Both the position numbers and the translations under genes were made by a program. DNA of 63,762 nt, the filler included, from Folioceros fuciformis (Eukaryota), in assembly GCA_049999805.1 (NCBI GenBank). It is 19 parts of 19 records of this genome, joined end to end, with 100 filler letters (N's around TTAATTAATTAA, not from the genome) between each part and the next. Parts side by side here need not be neighbours in the genome. Positions count along the whole stretch, not along the records: positions 44,255 to 47,087 come from JBNGIO010003919.1; positions 47,188 to 53,353 come from JBNGIO010003920.1; positions 53,454 to 59,894 come from JBNGIO010003921.1; 16 more parts are not named here. The stretch is one strand, 5' to 3'. The notes under the pieces were generated by a model. That model saw only the letters and a list, made by a program, of their open reading frames with translations, was not told where the DNA came from and searched no databases. The first letter of the stretch is position 1. Each line of letters opens with the position of its first letter. Shown in pieces: positions 47,066-59,994 of the stretch.

Positions 47066-50000
47066 CCTGCACTTAATTGCCCGTTACNNNNNNNNNNNNN
47101 NNNNNNNNNNNNNNNNNNNNNNNNNNNNNNNTTAATTAATTAANNNNNNNNNNNNNNNNNNNNNNNNNNNNNNNNNNNNNNNNNNNNCCCTGAGGCTGCG
47201 AACCTCAGTCCCGCCCAGGGGACAACACCTGAAACTGGCATGGCTCATTGCACCACTAGCATTCCAGATTTGGAGCCGGTGTACGGAGCAACGCCTCCAA
47301 CGGAGAGATCGGGATTCAGCAGGCTGGGTGTCCGACTGACACTGCTCGAACTCCAGCTCCCAGGAGATACTTGCAATCTATTTATTTACTTATGGAAAAA
47401 ATAAGATAGAATTATCCAACCCTCAAGAGGTGAAACAAACCACCGAGACAGACCTGGAGGCATGAAACCTTTCTTGTTCTTGGATCACTGGACTTTCCAT
47501 GGATAGGATAGAAGAGGCCAAGCCCAGAATGCTACTGGCTATTAAAACTATTTCTGAAGGAGTCTTTTCAACCTTTCATACGTGCTCCTGGCTAAGGGAC
47601 TTAATCTCGATCATCAGCCTGGGTTCTCTTCAAGATCCTTGAGTCTCCTTAAATTTTGATATCCAAATGCGGAGCAGACCCTAATTTCATCTCCTGAAGT
47701 TCACGTGCACTTGAGAATCATGCAAGTACACTATACTTGGAACCGATTTAGTGTATAACAACGATTGAGGTCCAACAGTGTAGGTGTGTGGTACCCGAAG
47801 CAGAAAACCATCCTGCGTACAGTACCAAGTACCACTCACCATCCATACCTGTTACGCTTTCCATGCTGCCGATCCAGAGCTCCAATGCCAGAGATGCAAC
47901 TAGTCATGGTAGCCTTGGGGTGTCGTATTTCGTTGGAGACCTACATTTTCCTCCCCCCCCCAGAATTAGGTTCGAACCTGGAGGTGCGAATAATTTGGTA
48001 CTGCAAGTGGGGAAATGTGAGTTCCCTCTAGAGCTCGTCAAACATCCCTCTTGTCCCAACGGTGGTAGGAGCCATACCTGAGGGGCGGAACCAAAAATCA
48101 GTATTACATTCTCTGGGCTTCATGTGCATTTTGCCTGAGCAAACAAAACCAGAATCCAAGAGATGTCCCACCAACACATGCCCAACAAATGTCCTGGTCC
48201 CTAAGAGACAAACGACGGGAGGTTGCCTAGCTCAAAGGTCATGACTTCCCTACAAACATTGGAAAAAAGAAGAACTGGGAAAATTTCCTCAGCATAATCG
48301 CTGTTTCATCACTCTTCCTGTCGGATGGAGAAAGGTACGACGGTTATCATCCACGGAAATCTCCAGCTGCAAACACGACAGCTTTCCACAAGTCCTCGAT
48401 GCACAGGCACCAGTTGAGGGCGGGGGATTGCATATACTCAGAACCCAAGCCCCACACGTCATTAAAAATACATCGGCGTGAGGGAGTTGGCTGATTGACC
48501 ATGTGGCCAGGAAAAGGCTTCCAGAAACCCACTCAGGAGGCTTTGGCAGAGTGAACTTGCACAGCACTAAACTGATTTGCAATAGACCCAACTCTCATTC
48601 ATGCTCAGGGACATCCACCACCGTTCACTGAGCCTCTTCTGAAAGACACTCGAACTTGAGGTGTCAGAAGTAGCATAATCGTCACTGCAGAAGACCATTC
48701 GTAGACGATGCATCCGCACAACTGACTCAAATACGCCCACAAGACTTAGCGCAGGCTTGACGCAANNNNNNNNNNNNNNNNNNNNNNNNNNNNNNNNNNN
48801 NNNNNNNNNNNNNNNNNNNNNNNNNNNNNNNNNNNNNNNNNNNNNNNNNNNNNNNNNNNNNNNNNAGAGCTGTAGCCTAGTCTGGACCGATATCTGGAAG
48901 AATCGAGTTGATATCATCTGTGTCTCGAAAAAAGCTTGGCGGGAAGGACCCAAATTTCCTGCACGGCGTCAAGCAACAGGCGAGAGCTCAGAACACCCAT
49001 CGACGCAACGACAGCACCTGAATTTCCCCACGGGCCACCCACTGTGTTCTGAGAGCTGGCGGCTGTGCTGGCGTCGGGGCACATACCCTACTTGTTAGGT
49101 ATATGCAGGTCGAGGTGTCTAGTGCTGATTCCCAGTTCCGGCAGGCAGCTGAAGTTTGGGCTCTTCACTCGGTAACCACAACGACAACCTGAACTCCAAG
49201 TCCACGTAGAAAACGGCTGCCAGGCAAAACTCGTAAAACCCGATTCACAGACACGCAGAACTCCAGCTGCTGCACTGCCCATGCTGGCCCACTCCGTTCA
49301 CACGCCCCAGCTGAGGTCTCTCCCGACACCCTGCATCTCAAACAAATGGTCCAGACGTCTGAAGGTGCAAAGCAGAGCATGGCCATTTCCGTGGCCACGC
49401 CGCTGCTTTTACATTTGCTGCACATGTGCCTGGCCAGTGCCCACGACAATCCTTAAAGCCCAGGGGGGTTTGGGTCTCGGTCCTAACCTAAGTTAGGCCC
49501 GGGACTCGGAATTCGGCTGACCCCGGCGACTAGGCTCGGCAAGAGGACGTCATCTCTTTGCTCCTCGCTCGGTCAGTGGCGGAGCCGCTCGGGCGATCAC
49601 GACCAGGAAGAGCCAATTCGGGGCCGGCTCTGCGAATTCCGAGCACCGCATTTTGTGTTCTGCCCGCACTTGGTCGATGCGAGACATCGCAGATTGAGGC
49701 GCGTGGTGAGCGCGATTATCAGAAGGGCCCCGAGTAGGGCAGATTGAAGGGCGAGGATGGAGGTGTCTAGACTCATTTGGCTGGGAGGGATGTGTTGTGA
49801 TCATTGGGAGTAGGAGCAGGATTAGGCTTAGGCTTTGGAGGTTGTGTGGCCCTCCCTGTTCTTTGGCGGAAAATGAGCTTCTGGCACTCAGCCTGTGCTG
49901 GTTAGTGTCCGGATTGCAGACAGGCTTTGTTGGAATTGCGTGGAGCCGTGGAGTTTTGTTCGGGATCGGCTGTGGTCTGTCATGAATGTGCAGGTGGCTG

Positions 50001-50158
50001 TGCCCCCACTTGTTCAGAGGTTTACTGGATACCCTGACTCGTGAAGCTAGTCGGATGATCTTGGAGTTTCGAAAGGCAGGCCCTCGAGATCTGGATTAGG
50101 AACCTAGAGCTGCTTTAGCCACAGGAGCTTTGGAGGTGGAGTTACAGGGGGTGCCAAA

Positions 50159-51696
50159 ATGGAAGGAGACGCGAATTGGGAGGAGCTGAGGAAAGAGGCT
50201 CGGAAAATAGAGGGAGATCTGGATGTTAAACTGTCTTCCTATGCCAAACTGGGAGGAATGCTGGCACACGGAGGTATTTAACTTGAGCCCTTACTCGTTC
50301 CCCAGGATGACGGGATGCCGATATGACTGGGTTTACAAGTTACTAGACTTTGGCGTTTGGTCCGTGCTTGAGCTGGGGTTGGAGGTAGCTCATTTGATAA
50401 GCTGAGCAAGCTGAGATGGCTGAAAACCCTGTCGTTTGTCTGGCATCGTGGCAGCGGGATTTTGTTTTGGTTGTGCTGATGGATGCCGTATTTGCCAGTG
50501 AGATCTTAACAGTAGCATGGTGTTTGGGTTAATGGGCATGCAAGAGAATGGAACGAGGTTGATGAATGCATTCCAGCCGACAACAAATTAATGCGTGCGG
50601 TGTTTATGTTCAAGGCTATGTCGATTCTGGATCATCAGGTGAAGGCCTTGGAGGGGATGGATCTTGGAAGTCCATGGAGATGGAAATCGAATCATTGTTG
50701 GAAAAGCTGTTGGACATCAATGACTCGATGAGTCGATGTGTTGCCGCTGCTGCAACAACAACTTCTGTCACACAGAAGCTTGCACGGCACAGAGATATTC
50801 TGCATGAATTTACTCAGGTGCGTTCTCATGTCAGGCCATACTCGCTATTCTGGCCGGTTCTCTGAAGACTTACCCTTGAGTCTGCATGCAGGAGTTCCGA
50901 CGCACACGCGGTAACATCACATCAATGCGGGAACATGCGGAGCTATTAACTTCAGTCCGCAATGACATCAGTGAATACAAGGTGCAGCGAGATAACAAGC
51001 AGATGTGTCCTGTGGAGGGAGGGGCATGGATGCGTTACGAAATAGAGTCTTGTTTGCTGTTGCATGTCGGGGAGTAGATGCGTAGGGAGTAGAAAAACAT
51101 AGCCATGCGGAATTGTGATGGGCTTTCAGAAGCTTGGCACCGGTCTTGTTGAAGAAAGCTTTCCCATGATGGCGTCTGTTTTGCAGGCGTCCGGGAGCTT
51201 ATCGCCAGGACCTAGCCTGCTGAGGGAACGTGGAACTATCCATGGCAGTATAAATCAGGTGAATGTGCTACAGATGTACAAAGCTCTTGGGACTTGCAGT
51301 GTTGTAGATCATTCCTACTAAATTGCAGGTTCTTACTATCGTGGTGGCACGTATGCAACAATGCAGATAGATGACGTAATAAACCAAGCACAGGCTACAA
51401 AGGGAGCCTTGACAGCCCAAAGGACGTCATTCATGGAAATTCAGAGCAAAGTGAAGCAGCTGAGCGATCGGTTTCCCGTTGTCCGTGGCCTCCTAGGTGA
51501 GACTTTGTGCACCAGTAGCCCAGTGAAACCTCATATTTCTCGTGGCCTCCAAGGATGTCTGACTCAATGTTTTTGTTCTGTGCGGCTTGGTGGAGCAGGA
51601 GCCATCAAGCGGAAAAGGTCGAAGGATACGTTGATACTGTCTGCGGTGATTACCATATGCACTCTTATTCTGCTCATCTATTGGATTTCCAAGTGA
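50159..51696 (+). CDS. GOS12: Golgi SNAP receptor complex member 1 (GOS1/GS28, GOS12-like); exons 50159-50273, 50615-50817, 50892-50981, 51187-51258, 51367-51496, 51599-51696
   Basis: MEGDANWEELRKEARKIEGDLDVKLSSYAKLG...SWKSMEMEIESLLEKLLDINDSMSRC...QKLARHRDILHEFTQEFRR...IKRKRSKDTLILSAVITICTLILLIYWISK*. All introns are GT-AG with compatible phases; C-terminal TM anchor. Confidence 0.96.
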
Positions 51697-52997
51697 TACG
51701 TCGGAACACTGCTTTGTGAAATGGAGCGGTCTGAGTTACTACAAGGTGGGTTTGAGGAGCATGAACGGTGGGTGGTGACATAGCCAGCTAGCTAGCTAGG
51801 CTGGGTGCCATCTATCTTGGACATGCTGCTATCTCTACTATGCGTCAAGGGATATGGCAGTCGGGTCCCTTCCTTTTGGATGGAGGTAGTAGCCCATACC
51901 AACGGCACCACTATCCCATGAATTCCGGCCGTGCATACAACGACCGAGCATTGTAGACAATGGAGGTCCACCACGTGTGCCCTCAGTCGCTTCCTCCGGG
52001 AGGTTGTTAAGCAGACTACCGCGTCCTTGTAAATACCACTTGTCTGTCCCTTAGCGCCACCAACAGAAGCACTACTGTATGTACACACTCCCTTCACATC
52101 GTCCTGCGCGTGGATGCCGACAGAAGAGGTTACCGCAAGCTTCTCTCCCTACCGCTACCTTCCTTCCTTCCGCGCGTCTGTAGCCGCGACCGCAAGAGGG
52201 AATGGCTGGCTTCCATGTGCTCACCAGGAACGGCGATGGCAGCAAGACGGGGATGCCATGTGGTGGATGTCACGGACGAGCGCGGGCACATCTGGCGTAC
52301 CTACACGTGACACGTTGACGCGTCTGTACTCCACTCGGATACGGAAGAGGCGAATACGGTTAGTACTGTACAGCGTTGGGGTGGGCCCCATGGACCCAGG
52401 TGGAAGTTCCTCCGGGTTCGTGGGAAGGCGACGAAAAGCGACAAAGCGACGGCGTGTCACGTGCCCACATGGCATCGTCATTTCCGTGTGGTTCCAATGA
52501 ACCGAGTAGATTCCACATCCGGCCCATGGACGGGGGACGGGAACGGGCAGCCGGGGGCTGGCTGGCTGGCTATGTAACCGTAGTAGGTAAAGGAACCCGG
52601 GCCCCCCGGACCGGGGGAACACGGTTATGTATATGTAATACATAACCTAGTGCATGTCCCAAGTGTACCCTACCCGGTTTGGATAGCGCACGTTTAAAAT
52701 GAAGGCGTCATTGGGCTGCGCATGGACCCAAAGCGAGCGCGTCTGTGCGGCCGTGTCCGGGAATCCGTGTGCCTGGAGCCTGGGAACGCTGGATGGCCTG
52801 GGAACGTAAAATGGCGCAGCCCTGCTGGCTCCCTTCGTCCCTCGCAGATCGGATCCTCCCAGCACAGGATTGCGGGGAGCGCGGCTGATTCGGGCGAGGC
52901 CAAGGGAGGGCAGGAGAGGCGATACGCGGGGCTTCTCAGAGCCAGCTCAGGGCCGGGGAAGATTGGATTGGAGGTCAGTGCCACTGGGAGGAGGAGG

Positions 52998-53353
52998 ATG
53001 CCGATGAGCAGGGAGCGAGGGCGCAGGCCCCGGGTGTACCGTGGAGTGCGGATGCGGAATTGGGGGAAGTGGGTGGCGGAGATCCGCCTGCTGGGGCAGA
53101 ACAACAAGGGGCGGATTTGGCTAGGGAGCTTCGACACCGCGGAGATGGCGGCACGGGCGTACGACGCTGCCGCGCTCTGCATGCGGGGCCGCAGCGCCCG
53201 ACTCAACTTCCCGGCCTCTATTCTCATGCTGGAGCAGCTGCACATCTGCCCCACCCCCGCTGCCTCCAGCGCCTGCATGACCAAGGAGGACATTCAGGCT
53301 GTGGCGGCGGCCGCGGCGGCCACGGCGGCGCCTGCGCCTACGGTGACCGCATC
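52998..53353 (+). CDS. AP2/ERF transcription factor, DREB A-5 / ERF group II-like (3' truncated at scaffold end; start could be as far upstream as 52722)
   Basis: '[18 protein letters not shown]...[34 protein letters not shown]' plus the downstream '[14 protein letters not shown]' motif. Confidence 0.92.
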
Positions 53354-53453
53354 NNNNNNNNNNNNNNNNNNNNNNNNNNNNNNNNNNNNNNNNNNNNTTA
53401 ATTAATTAANNNNNNNNNNNNNNNNNNNNNNNNNNNNNNNNNNNNNNNNNNNN

Positions 53454-56400
53454 CTTCAAGTAGCTGTCTATGCGCGAGTACCAGGCCCTTGGGCTCTGCT
53501 TGAGCCCGTACAAAGATTTGTGCAGCTTGCAGACTGGATTTCGCAGGCTGCCAAGGATGTCCACTCTTGAAGGCTCAGTCATATAAATCTCCTCTTGGAG
53601 ATTGCCATACAAGAAGGCAGTGGTAACATCTAATTGCTCCAGTTCGTAGTCTCCCACTGCTGCTAGNNNNNNNNNNNNNNNNNNNNNNNNNNNNNNNNNN
53701 NNNNNNNNNNNNNNNNNNNNNNNNNNNNNNNNNNNNNNNNNNNNNNNNNNNNNNNNNNNNNNNNNNGAACAATCTTAGAGTTGTTAGCTTGACTACGGGG
53801 CTGAATGTGTCCTCGTAGTCGACTATGGGGATTTGTGAGTACCCCTTTGCCACCACCCTTGCTTTGTATCTGTCTATACTACCATCTGCCCTCAGTTTGA
53901 GCTTGAATACCCACTTGGACCCGATAGACTTGTGATGTGTAGGTAGGCTTGTTAGGGACCAGGTTTTATTCTCATACAATGAGGCTAGCTCAGAGTCGAT
54001 GGCCTTTTGCCATAACTTTGCATCCGGGCATGCTAATGCTTCCTCATAGGTCTGTGGCTCAAAAGCCTTCAAATATGCTGCTAGGCAATACGTAAGATGT
54101 GACTTCGAGTGTCTGAGGTCATTAGGTTCCCAATAGTTTGGAGGCTTCCGAACCGTTGATGAAGACCTTGGCTCCAGGTGAGCATGCTTCTGCTTTCTTC
54201 TTTGCTGGGCAGTTTGTTGCTGACTTTCTACTTTCTCAGCTGAGTGCATCACGTCCATGTCGAAGGACACATGGTTGATCGGAGACTCATACAATGCTTG
54301 ATTCCGTATTGCTCTCCCGGAGTCTTTGCAGGTGTCCGAAGGATGGGTCTCAGGTTAGCTGCTGCTGGTTGCTGTGGGATTGCTTGTGCTTGCATAGGTA
54401 CATGTGTAGGCACCTGCTGCTGCTGACCTTGTTGTTGTGGTGCAGGCAGCAGTACCTGCAGGTCACCGATGAGAAACTCCTCTTGGTCTTCTGAGGAGTC
54501 ATCTTCTTCATTATCCCACTCTGAGCTGGCTTCTTCTCCCACTGTGTGGTCATGCTCAGCTCCTTCAACAAACACCACATCTCGTGAATGTGTTGTGTTC
54601 CTTGTTTGTCTGTTCAGCAGCTTGTAACCCTTAATGCCTTCGGTAAAGCCCACAAAAATCCATTCCTTCGATTTAGGCTTGAATTTCTTGCGAATGTGTT
54701 TATGGACCTGTGCATAGACTATGGAGCCAAAAACTCGCATATGAGATACATTTGGTCTCCTTCCCGTCCATAGCTCATATGGAGTTTTCTCCGGCACACT
54801 GCTATGAGCTACCCTATTTTGAATATAAGTGGCATAGGCCACTGCCTTTGCCCAATAGCTTCTAGGCAGGGCTGCATGCTGTAGCATGCTCAAAGCTAAT
54901 GTCTCCAAGTCAGCATTTTTGTGTTCTGCTACTCCATTCTGCTGCGGGGTGTGTGCATTTGTGAGCTGTCTAACAATGCCATGTTGTGTGCAATAGGCAT
55001 TGAACTCCCCGGATGTATACTCGCCACCATTATCGGTGCGGAGTTGCTTCAGCTTGTAGCACCCAAGTTTTGTACTCCAGGAAGCAGGAATAAGTTTCGG
55101 ATTTGAGGCGGAGGAAGTAGACTACGTAGAATCTTGTATAGTCATCTATAAAAGTAAGGAAATATTCCTTCCCACAAAGTGACTTGGGCAGAGGCCCACA
55201 TACATCGCTATGTACTAACTGTAGAACCTTTGTGGCCCTTGTGGAGGCATCTATAGGAAAAAGAGTCCTTTTATGCTTGCCGAGGACACAGGATTTGCAC
55301 ACACCAACATCATCAAGCTTGTCTAAGGTGAGCCCATCCACCATCTTGTGCTTGTACATGTGTACCAGTTTGCGATAATTTGTATGGCCTAGGCGGAGAT
55401 GCCATAAATATGTTTGAGATGGCTTAGCAAAGCTGGATGACGACTGAACAGCATGAGCCTGTGCTGTCTGCAGATCGAGATGATACAAATCGTCATTTTG
55501 CAATGGCCAGTTGCAAGGAGAGTCCCTTCGCTCGACTCTATCACACAGTTGCCTCCTCCAAAGCATATAAAGCAGTCAAACTGATCGATCTTTCTCACCG
55601 AGACTAAATTCTTTGTAAGTCCCAGAACATAAAGCACATGGAATTTCAACATGCTGAGATGGCATGAGATCCACTCTTATGGTCCCTTGACCTTCAATGG
55701 GGTGCTTGGTATCATCCCCTAAGCACACATACTCTGCTGGTGTGCTGCTCCTTAAGTTAGTAAAATAGGCCAGGTGAGGAGTCATGTGTTGTGAGGCGCC
55801 ACTATCTATATACCAGGCATGTGCTGGCTGATTGGCATAGCATGATATCATGTTACAGGAGTGATGTAACCTGATGGCATCAGGAGACGATGTGGGAGGC
55901 TTCACTACTTGGGTAAGGAATGCTCTACTGTACTTACTCATTGTTACAGCTAAGTGGCCTATAGATGGGCCATTTTCTCTAGATAGTCGCTTACGACACA
56001 CTTCCCATGTGTGATTTTGCAGGCCACACAACCCGCATGGAGGCTTTGGCCTAGTGCTGCTAGGCTATTGGGGTCGGAATCCTCCTTGACCTCCATGTCC
56101 TCCACGTCCTCATGCAAAAGGACGGCCTCGTCCTTGACCTCTAAACAGTCGGTTCATATATAGTGCCTTGTCATTGCTGCTGCTAGAAATAGATGTGCTG
56201 GCTATCTTTCTCCTAGACTCCTCAGTTAACATTGCAGCGATGACTCGATTCACGGTGAGTGTAGGTACATCCTGGAGAGCATGGACAACACTGGACCAGG
56301 AATCTGGCAGTGTTGTTAGGAAGAAGACCGCCATAAACTCTTCCTCCAAAAAGAAACCAACAGATTGCATCTTGCCTCTCCAAGTCCGAAACTCAAGGAC

Positions 56401-57613
56401 ATGCTTGTCCACAGGGTCACCATCAGCCATCTTTAATCCGGTAAACTGCTTGAGGACATAAGTTTGCAGCATGAGGTCACGTGAATCGTAGACCATTAGA
56501 ACTTGTTTCCACCAATCTTCTGCTGTCTCTTCTGCTCCTTGGAAAACATCTATGTGCGTGCTCTTCACGCTAAAGTGCAGGAGCGTTCTTGCCAACTGGT
56601 CATCCTCCTCCCATTTTGCAAGAGCATCACGATCTGCTGCTGCTGGCTTGGGTGTGGGGACTGGTGGCGTTCCCACACCATATACATGTGCCCAGAGTTT
56701 GCAAGACTTGAAGATCTCAACCATCCTGAATTTCCAGACATGGAAATTCGTTCCATCGAATTTGTCCTCCTTGGGAAGATTTGGGTTGGAGGACAGAGTG
56801 GTTGGTTGCTGCTGCTAGGCCATGTTGGAGGAGGTTGCTTAGATCACAAGAGGAACATACGTAGTCCGGACTGAAATGGGCTACGTTGGTGAATAGCAAA
56901 GCTGCAAGGTAATTTTCAGCACGTCAACTTCACCAATGTCATACTCTTCTCTGATGTAATATGAAATGTGGGCAGCATACTAATGTAGTAATGCTGCTTT
57001 AGGTTGTGCAGGTTGTCTGGAGAATAAGTCACGAAGGTGACTGAGAAGCAAGGAATATATTGTAGGTGCTGATGCAAGTAGATATAAATTAAACATGCAG
57101 AAGCTTGCGGTTAGCATCTTGTCATACTAGAACTGGAACATTGAAAGTGCTCCAATCGTATCCATCCATGGCAGGGTACCCTTGCAGAATATTTGTGGCC
57201 ATAAGCTCCAGGATTATGCTGATTTTGTTCCACACTTGCTGCCAACGGTTGGGGCCAAGAGAGCAAAGGTATTCTTTGTCCCTGGCCTTAAGCCATTCTT
57301 GTAGGCTTTGCTGACGTTGAGCCCTCCTTGCTAGTCTTTCTCTTTTCCTAAGTCCAGGCATATCTGTTGCTAACAGGCAGGATTGAGTGCATTCTTGCAG
57401 GCGGAGGACCTGAAGGCATTTGCACACAAAGATGTCGTCGTAGCAGATTATGCCCGTCCAGAATATTTAGAAAAAGAGCGCTAGATTAGATAGAGGGTTG
57501 CAAAGCCAAGAGGCATAAGAAAAATTTGCGCAAAATTCTAGAAAGCCGGAATAATTGCATTGGCATGCACGTCAGGTTTGCGCACGTCACGAATGACCAT
57601 AGCTCTAATACCA
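53454..57613 (-). mobile_element. Ty1/copia element: PBS (57613-57602), long leader, gag, zinc knuckle, protease, integrase, RT (decayed)
   Basis: TGGTATTAGAGC PBS; gag 'DKFDGTNFHVWKFRM'; 'CGLCGLQNHTWEVC'; 'WYIDSGASQHM'; 'LWHLRLGH'; 'LVHSDVCGP'; 'YKARVVAKG'; 'LDVTTAFLYG...LYGLKQSPRAW'. Confidence 0.96.
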
Positions 57614-57963
57614 TGATAAGGATCAGATGCTAAAGGCGCGCCATTGTATTAGCATAAAGAAAAGGTGAATACAGCGCCGCGGTCTCGTGACCTTGACGCG
57701 GTGACGGTTAGGAAACCCTAACCGTCTAGCCCTAAGCCTGTCTCTCTGGGTTAGTAGACATAACCTACCCTAACAAGAGCATGAAAGATGCGGAGAGCAA
57801 TTTGGCTCAATTAAACTTCATAATATAGAAAGACAAAAATGAGTTGTATTTTAAAAATGTCTATAAGTGTTACTCATATACTAAACCCAGATGACGTTTC
57901 ATCTTAGGCCTATCATCTAAACCCTAATGTCACTTAGACTATGTGTTGGCTTTACTTCCAACA
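57614..57963 (-). mobile_element. ~350-bp LTR with a PPT upstream (57974-57964) and a PBS downstream
   Basis: Minus strand reads TTGAGAGGGAG | TGTTGGAAG ... CCTTATCA | TGGTATTAGAGC. Confidence 0.8.
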
Positions 57964-58834
57964 CTCCCTCTCAAGCAACACTTGGTCTAAGGTAAACACA
58001 TAAGATAGTCGGAGAAGAGTCTCCTATAGACCATCGTGATGGAACAACAAACAAGGTCTTCAGCTTTCAATGGAATCACGATTACTCTTAAACCCTAGCG
58101 CTTCAAAAAATTGACTGTCTTCGTTACGCTGGACTTAGCGGCCGCCGCCATAGCTCTCGATTTCCTTGTCGCCACCATAGCCAGTTGTCGCGCCAGCCGC
58201 CGCTTGGAAGAGATGCAAATGCGCAGCAGGAAGATCCTTACTGAGCCACCGAGGGTTGAGAGGCGCAGAAGGCAGCCAAGGATTGAAGAAGAAGTCCGGG
58301 GTTCTTTGAATTGGGTGAGCTGTGGATCACTGGAGGAAGTTATACGACTCGTAAATAGTTTCCCAGCACTTCCTGGGCCTCTCCCAGGGACAGTTTAGGC
58401 CCCAGCATCCCAGGGACCTAAACCCCAGCAGACCGACTTTCGCTTCTCAGATATGGCTCTGCCCACCCTACTCGCCCAGCTCCAATTGGCGATAGACAGG
58501 ATCAAGGAGCTTGAGGATATGATTGCGACTGGAAGGAGACCATCCCCCAATGACGATTGGCAAGATGTGAAGCCGTCTGTGTAGAAGGGATTGCACTGTA
58601 GGGAGATTAGATACTAAGGTAAGCTTCATCGTTCTTGCAGTGCAATGTTTGCTCCCTTTGTCTCCTCAAGTACTAATTTGCAGCAGCTAACCCGGTGGTG
58701 TGTATGTGGGGCTTGTGCAGTTATTCTGTGTCTACGGAGAAAACACAGGCACAACTCATCAACACCTAGGGAACCTTCGGGTTCCCGCCCCACCTCCCAC
58801 AGATAAGTCACTAGCTGTCCAAGTATCTTGAGTA

Positions 58835-59584
58835 ATCATCCAGGCCTAAGCCTGACATGTGCTTGTAGTGTTTATGCTTCACCAAGCCCTTGGTTAACAC
58901 GTGTGCAACATTGTCCTCTGAGTTCATGTATCCAACCTTCACAGCCCCTCACTCAACAGCATCTCTTATATAGTGATGCTGTATTTCGATGTGTTTAGTG
59001 CGAGCATGGAACCTAGGGTTTGCGACGAGAGCAAGTGCAGACTTGTTATCACACAGTATTGAGGTAGGTGCCTACTGAGTTTGCCCCAAGTCATGTAAGA
59101 AAGTCCTTTCCCATTCTACCTCCTTCGAGGCATCTGTCAAAGACTTATACTCTGCTTCTGTTGATGACAAGGCAATGGACAACTGCTTTTACATGACCAG
59201 TTTACATTTGCGGATGTGAGCAGGAAACAGTATATCGAGAGGCTTTTTCTAGAGTCATTGTCAGATGCCAAGTCGGCTTCTGTAAAACCAAAAAGTGTAA
59301 GTCTCTCCTGCCCAGTCCTTCTGTAGAATAGGCCATGTATGTGTACCCTTCAAGTACCTAAATATCCTTTTAACTGCGCTCTAGTGTGCCCTTCCAGGCC
59401 TTTCTAGGAACTGAGACACAGTACTCATGGAGTACTGGATATCAAGCCTAGTCCAGTTTGCTACAAAAATCAGGCTTCCTACAGTGTGCTTGTAAGGTAC
59501 ATCACGCATGTCCTGAACCTCTTCTGGAGTTTGTGGACACTGTAAGTTGGTAAGCTTAGCTCCTGTAAAGTAAGGAGTAGTAGC
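58835..59584 (-). mobile_element. Ty1/copia RT C-terminus / RNase H remnant (upstream unit of the tandem)
   Basis: Minus strand 'GFTEADLASDNDSRKS' and 'VLTKGLVKHKHYKHMSGLGL'. Confidence 0.85.
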
Positions 59585-59792
59585 TGTTAGGATTTTGTAG
59601 AGCGGAGCTAGAGAAATCTCATAGTTGGCAAAAAGATAATTAATTACTCAGCAAAAAACTGTTTTTGAATACAAGTGTAAATGACTCTTCATATATTGAC
59701 GCTTCAAATTAGGGTTTACTAATAAACCAAGACTTAAATCTAAGCTATGTGGTTACCTATACCAGGGATGGTATGCTAACACACCCCCTTAA
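59585..59792 (-). mobile_element. 197-bp LTR (59585-59781, TGTTAG...CTAACA) plus PPT of a nested element
   Basis: 6-bp inverted termini, adjacent to CACCCCCTTAA (PPT on the minus strand). Confidence 0.72.
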
Positions 59793-59994
59793 CCACGAGA
59801 CGACACGGTAACTGCGACAGTCCCAGAAGCATGACGAGTTCGCTCCCGTTGATACTGGCAAGCTGCGCACTCGGGATCGCCATATTCCTCCTCGNNNNNN
59901 NNNNNNNNNNNNNNNNNNNNNNNNNNNNNNNNNNNNNNTTAATTAATTAANNNNNNNNNNNNNNNNNNNNNNNNNNNNNNNNNNNNNNNNNNNN

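Noticed and set aside
47188-49700. Possible minus-strand gene divergent from GOS12
   Set aside because: Looks genic (GC-rich 5' region, splice-like sites), but I could not assemble a credible coding sequence.
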